DNA of 64,000 nt from Eledone cirrhosa (Eukaryota): contig OZ024740.1 in the NCBI GenBank assembly GCA_964016885.1, positions 3,968,001 through 4,032,000 of the forward strand, given 5' to 3'. The notes under the pieces were generated by a model. It worked only from the letters and a program-made list of their open reading frames with translations, was not told the origin of the DNA and ran no database searches. Below are positions 1-10,785 of the stretch, piece by piece; positions within the stretch are counted from its first letter, which is position 1; each line of letters begins with the position of its first letter. Position numbers and translations under genes: made by a program.

Positions 1-1232
1 GTGGTGTTGGTGGTGGTGTTGGTGCTGTTGGTGTTGTTGGTGGTGTTGGTGTTGTTGTTGGTGTTGTTGGTGTTGTTGTTGTTGGTGTTGTTGGTGTTGT
101 TGTTGTTGGTGTTGTTGGTGTTGTTGTTGGTGGTGTTGGTGTTGTTGTTGTTGTTGGTGGTGTTGGTGTTGTTGGTGTTGTTGGTGTTGATGGTGTTGTT
201 GGTGTTGTTGCTGTTGTTGTTGTTGGTGGTGGTGTTGGTGCTGTTGGTGTTGTTGGTGTTGTTGGTGGTGTTGTTGGTGTTGTTGGTGTTGTTGTTGTTG
301 GTGGTGGTGTTGGTGCTGTTGGTGTTGTTGTTGTTGTTGGTGTTGTTGGTGTTGATGGTGTTGTTGGTGTTGTTGCTGTTGTTGTTGTTGGTGGTGGTGT
401 TGGTGCTGTTGGTGTTGTTGGTGGTGTTGGTGTTGTTGGTGTTGTTGATGGTGTTGTTGGTGTTGTTGCTGTTGTTGTTGTTGGTGGTGGTGTTGGTGCT
501 GTTGGTGTTGTTGTTGTTGTTGGTGTTGTTGGTGTTGATGGTGTTGTTGGTGTTGTTGCTGTTGTTGTTGTTGGTGGTGGTGTTGGTGCTGTTGGTGTTG
601 TTGGTGGTGTTGGTGTTGTTGGTGTTGTTGGTGGTGTTGTTGGTGTTGTTGGTGTTGTTGTTGTTGTTGGTGTTGTTGGTGTTGATGGTGTTGTTGTTGG
701 TTTGGGTGGTGATGGTGTTGTTGTTGTTGTTGGTGTTGGTGTTGATGGTGTTGTTGGTGTTGTTGGTGTTGTTGTTGTTGCTGGTGTCGTTGTTGGTGGT
801 GGTGTTGGTGTTGTTGGTGTTGTTGTTGTTGTTGGTGTTGTTGGTGTTGATGGTGTTGTTGTTGGTTTGGGTGGTGTTGGTGTTGTTGTTGTTGTTGGTG
901 TTGTTGGTGTTGATGGTGTTGTTGGTGTTGTTGGTGTTGTTGTTGTTGTTGCTGGTGTCGTTGTTGGTGTTGTTGTTGTTGGTGTTGTTGGTGTTGATGG
1001 TGTTGTTGTTGGTTTGGGTGGTGTTGGTGTTGTTGGTGTTGATGGTGTTGTTGTTGGTTTGGGTGGTGTTGTTGGTGGTGTTGTTGCTGTTGTTGGTGTT
1101 GTTGTTGGTGGTGTTGTTGGTGTTGTTGTTGTTGGTGGTGGTGTTGTTGTTGGTGTTATTGGTGTTGTTGTTGTTGTTGCTGGTGTCGTTGTTGGTGGTG
1201 GTGGTGTCATTTTTCTTGTTGTTATTGTTGTT
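1..1232. repeat. (GTT/GGT)n trinucleotide low-complexity tract, truncated by window start
   Basis: Almost only G and T in triplet phase, with recurring variant triplets (GAT, GCT). The poly-V/L and poly-G/V ORFs are by-products. Confidence 0.97.
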
Positions 1233-1590
1233 TAACCCATGGTCAGACCAAATCCAAGAGGCCTATCATCTAAGACATTCCAACTTTAATGACCCTATAG
1301 TCTTCTAGTTTGAGTGCAGACCAATGCCTGAACACCAGTGTATTCTCTCTTGACCAATCACCAGGGTATTCTCTCTTGACCAATCACCAGTGTATTCTCT
1401 CTTGACCAATCACCAGGGTATTCTATTTTCAATATGGTGTAGGAACTAGCATTGTATTTATCTCTATCTAGAACAACGTTGTTCTCACTGTTCTCTTCTT
1501 GCCTTTCTAGAGACATATAGACGTGAGTGTTTTGAGGGGTATTTGGTTGTTATTTCTAACTGAGCAAGTGACCACATAGAGGCACTCCAG
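1233..1590. mobile_element. Degenerate dispersed repeat (unclassified, SINE-like)
   Basis: The reverse complement of ~1525-1590 (ggagtgcctctatgtggtcacttgctcagttagaaataacaaccaaatacccctcaa) matches 28427-28495 (ggagactgtggatgtgtggttacttgacatgctagaaatagcaaagaaatctccctcaa). Also resembles an abundant octopus repeat from memory. Boundaries approximate. Confidence 0.55.
1333..1424. repeat. 26-bp tandem repeat, ~3.5 copies (caccag[t/g]gtattctctcttgaccaat)
   Basis: Directly visible; the t/g variant alternates between units. Confidence 0.92.
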
Positions 1591-1779
1591 TCGGTTCATT
1601 GTGATGTTGTTACAACTGAATATATGCTCACCCCTCTATTTTATGTCTGAGAAATGGGCAAATATCCAAATTTTATTTATGTAGAATTTGAAGTTCGGCA
1701 AAATTGTCAAAATATTGACCCCCAAATATAAGCCAAACTCCCTTCTACCATCTATATTCCTCCGCTTATATTTGGGTAT

Positions 1780-1920
1780 ATTCGGTAATTAAGAATTTTG
1801 TCTCACAATCAGGAGATCCCAAGTTCGATTCCACTGCATGTTATTTTGAGCAAGTATTTATTTTCCCTAGGCTCAGGTCAACATAAACCTTATCAGAGTA
1901 ATTGGATAGAAACTGTGAGG
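1780..1920 (+). mobile_element. Degenerate tRNA-derived SINE
   Basis: B-box-like aagttcgattcc at ~1821 followed by a ttgagcaagt...ttggatagaaactg body resembling octopus tRNA-head SINEs (recalled). Confidence 0.5.
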
Positions 1921-2334
1921 AGAGCTGATGTGAAGAAGAAAATAGCCAAATTATCATGTAAAGAAAATACTGTTAGAACACTTTAGCCAACAACCAATCT
2001 AACCTGCCATTACTTGTGTTATAAATTCTAGGTAAGATTTTACAGCAGTTCCTGATCTCTTATTCCAACCAAAATACAGTATCTAGGACTTTGGGAGTTT
2101 GACTAAACCTATTTAGGTGTGAGCCCCATAACAACAGCAACTGTGTTGCTTATTGAAGATAAAAAATAAACATTACATCCATGAGTACTTCATGTATATC
2201 TTGGACTACATCAGCCATTCACTTCTTCTAAAGTACAGGTGACTTTGTGTTAGGTTAAAACAAAAGGTGAAAATAATTTCCCACATTTATATGATATGAA
2301 ATGAACCCCAAAAAATTATTTCACCTTCACAGAA

Positions 2335-2570
2335 GTTTTATTTACTAAACATGTGGTTATAATGTTTCAGGACAGATTTTACAGACAAAACTAACTTGCA
2401 AGAGAGCTAGGGCTAAACCCTGAGCAAGATGGTTAAATAACATCAGTGAGCTCAGCTGGTCTTCCTTGCAGATCCAGCTGGATTAATTGGAGGTAGTTGC
2501 TTCTGACAGGACCTGTTGGAAGGAGTGTTAGAGAACTCTGCTTCCATGAGCCTCTCAGGAATAAATGGGA
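2335..2570 (+). mobile_element. RTE-clade LINE 3' relic (pseudogenised)
   Basis: Translates with stops/frameshift to KRARAKP*ARWLNNISELSWSSLQIQLD*LEVVASDR, homologous to the minus-strand relic at 3755-3980; matches the RTE C-terminal R-x-R-G-R-P-x-x-R-W pattern. Confidence 0.7.
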
Positions 2571-2981
2571 GAAGAAGAACAGTGGACAATGGTCTTATGG
2601 AGGTTCCTAAAACAACATCATGGCCTCTACAGAGTTTTATTCCCAAATTGAGCAGATAATTGTCTTACATTAATCTATTGTATGAAACATTACCAAACTC
2701 AGCCTCCTGACCTCTAGAGCCCTTCTCATACCAAAGCATCTTAGCTTATACAATACTCCGAGAGGCTGGGGCAATGCTGGGACACCGCCATTATAAAAGT
2801 TTGGGTTTTAACCTGTTAGAATTTATCTAAAACTTCCATAATTTTATGTAAGAACCTTTGTTAAGTTATGTTCCAAACACCAGCTTAAAAATAAGAAAAT
2901 TAGTTGCATTACTAAATCCTTGCAAATTCTTGAATTTGATTTGATTTGAAAATCCTGTGCAATATCTTTCATTTGAAATAT

Positions 2982-3101
2982 GATGTACCTACAGGTTTCT
3001 GGGGCAGGAGATTATAATGTTGGCCCCTACAAAGTGACAGATGTACCTACAGGTTTCTCGGGCTGCAGATTATCATGTTGGCCCCTACAAAGTGACAGAT
3101 G
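2982..3101. repeat. 58-bp direct tandem duplication (2 copies)
   Basis: gatgtacctacaggtttct...gttggcccctacaaagtgaca at 2982-3039 and 3040-3097 with a few mismatches. Confidence 0.92.
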
Positions 3102-3210
3102 CTATGTTGACCTATTGAAAGGTCATAGTTCTCATCCTTTCCCTGTTACATGGAGCATTCTAGAAAAACAAACATTAGAAGTCTCATCTATTACAAATTT
3201 CCCCCATATT

Positions 3211-3432
3211 AGTGGTGGTGGTGGTAGTGGTGGTGGTAGTGGTGGTAGTGGTGGTGGTTGTGGTGGTTGTGTTGGTGGTGGTGGTGGTGGTAGTGGGGGT
3301 AGTGGTGGTGGTGGTATTGTTGTTGTTGTTGGTGGTGGTGGTGGTGATTGTGTTGGTGGTGGTGGTGGTGATGGTGGTGGTGGTGTTGGTGGTGGTGGTG
3401 TTGGTAGTGGTGGTTGTTGTGGTGGTGGTGGT
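3211..3432. repeat. (GGT)n imperfect microsatellite
   Basis: Directly visible; explains the poly-G/P/H/V ORFs. Confidence 0.96.
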
Positions 3433-3754
3433 AGGAGGTTACTTTCCTTCCGCCAGAACAATAAAGTAAACAGAGGAAGGAAACTGACAGAGAAATACAT
3501 TGATGTAGGGGGGCAGACATGACAGGTGGGACATCGTAATTCCTGGGAAAATATTTACCCTAAAGCAGGGCCTCTCTTTACAACCCCCTCCCACAATACC
3601 CACTTAACAACTCTGAGGAAACAACTCCCTCTGCTATATTCAATAGGCTACCCTCACATTCTGAAACACAACAGAAACTGTCCCATGTTTATTGAGATTA
3701 AAATTTCCAGACTATTAACCCATTGTTAAAGTGTATATATACAATATATATACA

Positions 3755-3980
3755 TTATTCACCCCTGTCAGAAGCAACCATCTCTAACTGATCCGGCTGG
3801 ATCCCCACACGAGACCAGCTAGGCTCATGGATGTTATCCAACCATCTTGCTTGGGATCTACCCCTGGGTTTCCTACCAGTTGGTTTTTGCCTGTAAAATC
3901 TTTCCAGCAATTTTTCCCAAAACATTCTAACATGCCTATAGTATTGGAGCTGTGATCTATAAAATAAAATACCAGTGAAA
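3755..3980 (-). mobile_element. RTE-clade LINE 3' relic
   Basis: Peptide RSQLQYYRHVRM...KPTGRKPRGRSQARWLDNIHEPSWSRVGIQPDQLEMVASDR fits the RTE ORF C-terminus. Confidence 0.72.
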
Positions 3981-4118
3981 TACTGGGTTGATCTAATTGA
4001 CTGTAGTCCCATCACAAAATAATTTCCATCCTTGTCTAAAGAAAGAATCACAAGACATATTTTATGGGCAAAGTGAACCGAGAGGAGAGCCAGAGGTTAA
4101 AGTATGGTGATTCATTAA

Positions 4119-4339
4119 CCCTTTAGCATTTAAATTGGCTGTATCCAGCCAGAATTCTCCCACCACTTTCTGTTCAAACTGGCTGTAACTGGCCACTTAT
4201 ACTGCTGTTAAAGTTATGTTCTCAAAATAAATAATTTCAAAATCTCATAGATTCAATATTATGTGAGATAATTATGTCAGATTAAGCCCTTCCCACAAAA
4301 ATATAATAGTATATATAGTGTAATGTAAATGCTAAAGGG
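4119..4339. mobile_element. piggyBac-like MITE (221 bp) with 14-bp TIRs and TTAA target-site duplication
   Basis: TTAA(4115-4118)-CCCTTTAGCATTTA ... TAAATGCTAAAGGG-TTAA(4340-4343). CCC/GGG termini plus TTAA are piggyBac hallmarks; a second copy lies at 28506-28713. Confidence 0.9.
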
Positions 4340-5097
4340 TTAACATCCATAAGCCTCAGTTAGTTTTGCTTGGAGATCCAGTTTGATCATTTAGTGATGG
4401 TTACTTCCAATAGGATTGTCTGGAAAGAGTGTCTGCGGACTCAGCCTCAACAACCCTCTCATCAATAATTAGACACCAGAAAAGAAGAAAAATGTTGTAC
4501 ATAGAAAAACATTGACATTTGTCTTATATTAATTTCAGTTATTGTTTCTTGGTTGTTGTTTATGGTTTTGTTTTTGTTTTTAATTACTTCAGTTAATTAG
4601 TGAAGCAGCAGCAATTAATATAATGTTTCTAATGGACATAAACTGACCTTTACAACAATAACAAGATCAGTGCTAAATTTACATCATTTACAGAGCAATA
4701 GATGGCAGACTATTCGAAAGACAATGTGGCATTTGGTTAACTTATATGTTTGGAGTTTCATTCCTTCTCATACATTTTAGGTGTAGCAAATATGTACAAC
4801 TGCATGCAAACCGAAAGAATGTACTATGTAAATTTAAGCTGGGTCATTGACACACTGACCACATTAATTCATAGGTTTACAGAGCAAAATTAGCTGAGTT
4901 TTAGTAATTATTACCGCACTTAATACCTGAATCTACAAACTTATGAAGTCAATCCCCCTTGGCAACTATGTTGTGCTATGTTGACGGCCTTAGTATCAAA
5001 GTATTCCAATAAATCTACCCCACCTAGATATCTGAAGCAATATTAGTAGTCAAAAGCTTTCACTGCCAGACTTTGATAGCTAAACCCTTCCTTAGAT

Positions 5098-6650
5098 CAT
5101 ATAATAATAATAATAATAATAATAATATAATTATTGTGTAAAGTGCTCAGGTGCACTACAACTCGTCAAAGGTGTATGTATAGTACATAGAATAATATAC
5201 AAATGTCAGGGAAGTGAATAGTGTATGAGTCATGATATACATGTGTGTGAGTGTATGGAGGGGAACATTAGGTGTAGTGTTGGCGAATCTTGGGAAGCAT
5301 GGAGGTTTTAAGGGATGCAGTGTCTCGGCAGCTAACAACTAATGCAAGGAGTTTGTTCCATGCTTCAGCAACTCTGAACGTGAAAAAATGTTTCCGAAAG
5401 TCATGGGAACTGTGCTGTTTTCTGACTTTGTGGGCATGTCCACGTGTGTTCGACACATGGAAATCAAAAAGGTGCTCAGGGTTGTTGTTGGCAAGATGGT
5501 TAACAATTTTGTGGGTGTTTACCAAGTCAGTTGCCAGGTGTCGGAGCTTCAATGTATCCATGCCCAAGGAAGCAAGGCGCCCAGAGTATGGTAGATGCCT
5601 GATGGAGGGTATTCGCTTGGTTGCACGTCTCTGAACAATTTCCAGGCGGTCAATGTTCTGAGCAAGATAGGGGTTCTAGACTGGTGATACAAATTCTAAG
5701 TGTGGCCACACCATAGCCATGTACAGCCTTAAATAGATAGCTGGAGAGCGGCTGGCAAAGGTCTTGCTGAATGATGCTAACACACCCTCAGCCCGCTTGG
5801 CAATTTTAGAGACGTGCTTCGTCCAACGCAAATCACTGCTGACCCTAATACCCAGGTCACGTTCACAAGAAGACTTCTTGATATTAGTGCTGTGGAGGGA
5901 GTATGTGGATGCTGGGTTTTTACTCCCAAAATGCATGGTGGTACACTTGTCCACAACTAGCTTGAAATGCCAGTCTGTGATCCATTGTTGCATTGTGTCC
6001 AGGTCAGACTGCAAGCAAGATCTATAGTGTTCAGGATCTGTCCTTTTTATCTCAAGGTACAGCTTGATGTCATCTGCGTACTTTAGTACTGTGGCATTCT
6101 TTAAGTTGGCATCTATGTCATTAATATATGCCACAAACAAAAGGGGACCAAGAACAGATCCCTGTGGTACACCAGATGACATCTCATATGGTGAGGAATG
6201 TTGTCCCAGAACCGTAACTACCTCTCTTTGACTGAGAATGAAGGACTTCAACCAGTTAAAAAGATCATCCTTCACACCCATTGCAGAGAGTTTTGCCATA
6301 AGCCTTTTGTGTGGCACAGAATTGAAAGCTTTCGCAAAGTCAAGGTAAATAACATCTACCCATGAGCCACCATCAGTGATCCGAGTAATGTCTTCAAGAA
6401 ACTCGATAAGTTGATCACAGCAGCTGGAGTTGGGGATAAATCCAAATTGCGAGGGCCGGATAAGACTGTGAGAGTTCCAGAAGTTCCAAAGTGTTTCTCT
6501 GACACAGGATTCCATCAGTTTCGCAATGCAACTAGTAAGACTGACTGGACGGTAGTTCACAGGTGATGTGCGGTCACCCTTTTTGAACAGAGGAATGACA
6601 CTGGCAGTTTTCCACTGTTCTGGAGTAGCACCGTTGTTCAGACAGAATTG
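5098..6650 (-). mobile_element. 5'-truncated CR1-type LINE with 3' UTR and (TAT)n tail
   Basis: RT coding region 6650->5268, 3' UTR ~5267-5134, simple-repeat tail seen as (ATA)n at 5098-5133. No endonuclease domain or ORF1. Confidence 0.92.
5268..6650 (-). pseudogene. CR1-type ORF2 reverse transcriptase fragment with one in-frame stop
   Basis: Motifs WKTASVIPLFKKG, NYRPVSLTS, QFGF, YLDFAKAF, GVPQGSVLGPLLF, YADD, ERDLG, LEIVQRRATK, TRGH, WNKL. ORFs 5676-6560 and 5268-5567 share one frame, split by TAG at 5676-5678 where Trp is expected (PV*NPY). Confidence 0.93.
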
Positions 6651-6689
6651 ATAACTGTATAGAATAGATAACTTCTTATTTGTAATGAA

Positions 6690-7045
6690 TAAAGGTCATG
6701 TTTTTGATTCCTGGTTCCGGCAGTACATTGTGACACTTCATTTCACATTACTCCAGCCCACTCTTCTGCAAGGCAACATCTTCAGAGCTGGTGACACATT
6801 GACATAAACCATGTCCACTGGTTGGTGAAAAGAAAGGCATCCAGATCTAAAATATGGCCTGAACAGATGATAGAAGAATAGTGGAGACTCTTTAGTCCCC
6901 TTGTACACAACACCTGTCACCTTTTAATACACCCCCAGTCCACAGAGTTGGCTGATCTTTGTTGTGTGCACCAGATGATGAAGAATGTGACAGGGCATAA
7001 TGACTCCTGCCAAACCCATACCAGCAGTAAAAAGAACAAACCAAC
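6690..7045 (+). mobile_element. Highly degenerate SINE-like relic
   Basis: ccactggttggtgaaaagaaaggcatccag and ccaaacccataccagca resemble mollusc SINE body/tail motifs (recalled). A related tail occurs at 11456-11505. Boundaries uncertain. Confidence 0.35.
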
Positions 7046-7189
7046 AAAAGCTGTTGCCTAGTTTAACAACAGCACATCTTGAGTTGTAGACTTCATCGAC
7101 CCCTTTAACATCTCTTCGTCACTTTTCTCTGCTAGATTTAATCTGTCAAATATTTTAACACCACCATTTCACTTTCTTACAACATTTTA

Positions 7190-7348
7190 TGTTTGTGAGA
7201 TCAAATCGAACTGAGGGCAACTTTACCTTTCATCCTTACAGGGTCGATAAAATAAAGTACCAGTCATGCACTGGGGTCAATTTAATCAACTTTCCCTTTC
7301 CCCCATAATTGCTGGCCTTGTGCCTAAATCAGAAACCATTATTATTAC
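7190..7348 (+). mobile_element. SINE relic with Deu/Nin-like core and (ATT)n tail
   Basis: ctttcatccttacagggtcgataaaataaagtaccag core, then ctggccttgtgcctaaatcagaaacc-attattatta. Family assignment from memory. Confidence 0.6.
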
Positions 7349-7654
7349 CCCTATCATCAATTTTCTATGTCTAATATATATGGAAAGAATAAAAGATAAA
7401 ATGTTGCCTACCTCTATGACAGCAGTGAGCCCACAGTTCAGAAGTTTGCCACATCTTTCTAACCATCTCAGAAACCATCTCTTCTTCATGTACTTTCACT
7501 ATTTCTCACCTTCCCCCACCACCCCCTCACACAGCTCTCTCTCTCTCTCTCTCTCTCTCTTTTGTTCTGTCTTTCTTTGTTTCTTTGTGAACCAGCTGAT
7601 GATATATAAATACTGTCCACTACTGACTGGGGATCCTCCTTAAGTAAGCAAGTA

Positions 7655-7814
7655 ATATATATATATATGTCTGTCAGTGTGTATATATATATGCCGGTGT
7701 GTATGTATATATATATATATATATATATATGTTTGTCAGTGTGTATATATATATGCCGGTGTGTGTATATATATATATATATGTCTGTCAGTGTGTATAT
7801 ATATATATATGCCG

Positions 7815-7846
<32 letters not shown>

Positions 7847-7930
7847 GTTTGTCAGTGTGTATATATATATGCCGGTGTGTGTATATATATATATATATGT
7901 CTGTCAGTGTGTATATATATATATATGCCG

Positions 7931-7962
<32 letters not shown>

Positions 7963-8150
7963 GTCGGTGTGTGTATATATATATATGTGTGTCGGTGTGT
8001 GTATATATATATATGTCGGTGTGTGTCTGTGTGTATATATATATATATATGTGTCTGTGTGTGTGTGTATATATATGTGTGTGTCAGTGTGTATGTGTGT
8101 ATATATATATATATGTGTGTTGGTGTATGTGTGTGTGTGTATATATATTT
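7655..8150. repeat. Compound (TA)n/(TG)n minisatellite with alternating gtctgtcagtgtg / gccggtgtgt spacers
   Basis: Directly visible; regular on the left, degenerating to TA/TG mixtures on the right. Confidence 0.93.
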
Positions 8151-8242
8151 ACACACACTCCTCTCACCTCTCACTACCACTAATTCTGCTGCCACTGTCT
8201 CTAAGTTCACATAACACTGTAAATAGCCTTCTGATAATTGTT

Positions 8243-8305
8243 GATAGGTAGGTAAGTAGGTAGGTAGGGTGAGAGAGAGGGATGGGGATAGATAGATAGA
8301 GAGAG

Positions 8306-8338
<33 letters not shown>

Positions 8339-8340
8339 TA
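8243..8340. repeat. (GGTA)n / (GA)n / (GATA)n compound microsatellite abutting the Tx1 copy 1 3' end
   Basis: Directly visible. Confidence 0.93.
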
Positions 8341-10744
8341 TTTCTTTATTAGCCACAGGGGCACAAAAGAAGGGGACAAATACAAAGGGGGAAGTTTACA
8401 TACAATAAAAACGTGTAAAATGTTATCACAGATGGAATTTAAAAGTTAGTCGATTTTCCCCAATAGAGGGAGACAGTTTATATGGGTAACACAGACCCCC
8501 GAAAAAAATGTGCAACCCTCATCTCCAGGAGTACGAAGAGCTTGTACTCCTTTCCTCTCCTCCTCCTTTTCCTCAACCTACAGGCTGATATAGAGAGAAG
8601 GCCCATTCACTCGGGCCATTCTCGCCACTTTCACCCACCTTTCATAAAACTTGCTGGGGTACAGCACCTCTCTCTCCATCCTGATTCTTCTTCCAAAGTG
8701 GTATTTGAAAAAAAGAATCAGTTGTTGGCCGGAGAGAAAGGTGTCTGACCTCAGCCCTTTCAACCTTGTCCACCATACAACCTCTTTCGCCATAGCTATC
8801 ACACAAAGGAAAACCGCCTCTCCTTCGTTTTTGAAGGAGGGTGGCGGTTTGATCATGACAATGGACTCGGTGGTCAACTGGATTGGTCCCACCCGCGACA
8901 ATAGTCGTTCCACATAGCCCCACAGGTCAGTGACGCCCGGGCAGTGTATGAATGCGTGCGCGACGGTTTCTTCGTCTCGCACGCACCTCGGACAGATCTT
9001 TTTTGCAGGGTCCCTGCCCGGGCGCCCATGTCTGTAGAGCTTGTCTCGAACTGGTAGAGCTCCTCGGTAGCACTGCCAGGCCAGGGACTTTTGGAAGTTG
9101 TCCATCGGTCCCGGGCGGAAGGTCCTACCGAACAGACTGGCCAGTTCATCTTCCTCCACGCCTAGAGTTTCACCGAGCGCGTCGTCGCACTTGCTGCGGA
9201 CCAACCCTCTATAGAATGACGAAGTGGAGTCTCCACTGATCGCCGGGTCCGCCTGCCAGAGGGCTGTGAGCGCCTGAGCACATTCGATGTGCCAGTCGCC
9301 CATTTTCCTCGGTCTCTGCTTGACCCAGGACTGCAGCTCGGTCAGCGAGACGAGTCGTGGGAAGGCTCGCCTCACGAACGGGGCCCACACCGGTTGTCCG
9401 GTGAGGAATACGTAGAGATGCCGCAGCCTGAGCGCGTGTTTGCGCATCGTCAACCACGGCATCCCCAGCCCTCCGTTAGAAGGGTGTTGGCAGCAGATGG
9501 ATCTTCTTACCAAAGGAGCCCGCCTCTTCCAAAGGAATCGGAAGAGGGCGCGCTCCATTTTGGCGAGCGTTTTGGCTGGACAAGGCACGACGGTCAAGCG
9601 GTAGTAGATGGCGGACGCTATAAAAGTGTTCGCCACCTCCGCTCGACCTTTCAAGGATAGTTTGCACTCGGCCCACTTCTGGGTGAGTGCAAACACCTTG
9701 GCCGTCACTTCGTTCCAGTTCTTCTCCACCTGGAGGTCCGGACCAAACCAGACCCCGAGCAGCTTTACCGGTCCTTCCGTCCAGCGTCCGACGACGCCAT
9801 CGGAAGGCATCGGTCTGCCTCTCCACGATCCGAGTTGCAAACCGATGGACTTGTCCCGGTTCAGCTTCGCTCCTGTGAGACTTTCGTATTCCTTTAGTAA
9901 GGTGCCGACTTCCTCGATTTGCGAGGCGCTCGACACCATTACTGTCACGTCGTCGGCGTAGGCCGACGCCGCTTTCCGCAGTCCCGGTTCCAGAGGGATG
10001 CCCTGCAATAGCTCCAGCTTCCGCAGTAGTGGCTCGAGAGTCAGTACGTACAGAAGGGAGGAGAGAGGGCATCCCTGTCGAATGGATCGCGTAATATGGA
10101 ACGGCTCCGAGAGGTAACCGTTCACCTTGACCCTTGAGCAGATGTTGCTGTTGTGCATTGCAGCAATCCAGCCCCTGAACACGGGTCCGAAGCCTGCCGC
10201 CTCGAGCACCGCATCCAGGTAACGATGGTCAACCCTATCGAAAGCCTTAGACTGATCCAAGTTGATCAGGGCCCCACCGAAGCCGGGTTTACACCCTACC
10301 CTCTCTATGATGTATCGCATGAGGTGGAGGTTGTCGTGTATGGACCTGGTCGGGATCGCGCATGTCTGCGCTTCTCCCACCAGGTTCTCGACGACAAGCG
10401 CCAGCCTCTTTGCCAACACCTTGGCCAAAATCTGTAACTCTGTGTTTAGCAGAGTTATGGGCCGGAAGTTGCCTATGTCATCCCCCTTATTCTCGTCCTT
10501 CCTGATTAGTGTGACCACGCCCCCGGTTACAGAATTGGGAATTCTCCCGTTCTGTTGCCAGTTGCAGTAGACCGCTTCCAGGAGACCGGAGAATAAGTCC
10601 GGCATTGCTACGTAAAATTCGTAGGGTAGACCGTCGAGACCTGGAGATTTGCGTTTGCCGCATTGGCTCAGCGCGTCCCCTATCTCAGTGGCTGAAATCG
10701 GCTTTTCGCAGAACTTCGCCTCGCTGTCCGAGAGTCGCGGTAAG
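8341..10744 (-). mobile_element. Tx1-clade non-LTR retrotransposon copy 1 (5'-truncated, ~2.4 kb)
   Basis: ORF2 fragment plus ~235-bp 3' UTR ending GGCTAATAAAGAAA; (GATA)n on both sides; GC- and CpG-rich relative to the flanks. Confidence 0.92.
8578..10740 (-). CDS. Tx1/L1-type ORF2 fragment: reverse transcriptase plus C-terminal CCHC zinc knuckle (uninterrupted ~720 codons, no endonuclease, no native start)
   Basis: KSPGLDGLPYEFY, NFRPITLLN, DQSKAFDRVDH, RQGCPLS, YADDVTV, KLLGVWF, GGLGMP, CPRC...ETVAHAFIHC. The track's first ~30 residues come from the neighbouring 3' UTR and microsatellite. Confidence 0.88.
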   Translation of the reverse strand, partial: PRLSDSEAKFCEKPISATEIGDALSQCGKRKSPGLDGLPYEFYVAMPDLFSGLLEAVYCNWQQNGRIPNSVTGGVVTLIRKDENKGDDIGNFRPITLLNTELQILAKVLAKRLALVVENLVGEAQTCAIPTRSIHDNLHLMRYIIERVGCKPGFGGALINLDQSKAFDRVDHRYLDAVLEAAGFGPVFRGWIAAMHNSNICSRVKVNGYLSEPFHITRSIRQGCPLSSLLYVLTLEPLLRKLELLQGIPLEPGLRKAASAYADDVTVMVSSASQIEEVGTLLKEYESLTGAKLNRDKSIGLQLGSWRGRPMPSDGVVGRWTEGPVKLLGVWFGPDLQVEKNWNEVTAKVFALTQKWAECKLSLKGRAEVANTFIASAIYYRLTVVPCPAKTLAKMERALFRFLWKRRAPLVRRSICCQHPSNGGLGMPWLTMRKHALRLRHLYVFLTGQPVWAPFVRRAFPRLVSLTELQSWVKQRPRKMGDWHIECAQALTALWQADPAISGDSTSSFYRGLVRSKCDDALGETLGVEEDELASLFGRTFRPGPMDNFQKSLAWQCYRGALPVRDKLYRHGRPGRDPAKKICPRCVRDEETVAHAFIHCPGVTDLWGYVERLLSRVGPIQLTTESIVMIKPPPSFKNEGEAVFLCVIAMAKEVVWWTRLKGLRSDTFLSGQQLILFFKYHFGRRIRMEREVLYPSKFYERWVKVARMARVNGPSLYISL

Positions 10745-10785
10745 ATAGATAGATAGATAGATAAACAGATAGATAGATAGATACA

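Noticed and set aside
1-1308. 435-aa Val/Leu 'membrane protein' and other homopolymeric ORFs (3132-3520, 7667-8251, 61044-61454)
   Set aside because: Translations of simple sequence repeats.
1333-1424. 26-bp mini-repeat as the seed of the large 26-bp satellite
   Set aside because: Only the period and short words (cactgg, gagaga) are shared; no convincing colinear alignment.
3526-3729. Possible Penelope-like or host coding fragment
   Set aside because: Short ORF with no diagnostic motif I can support.
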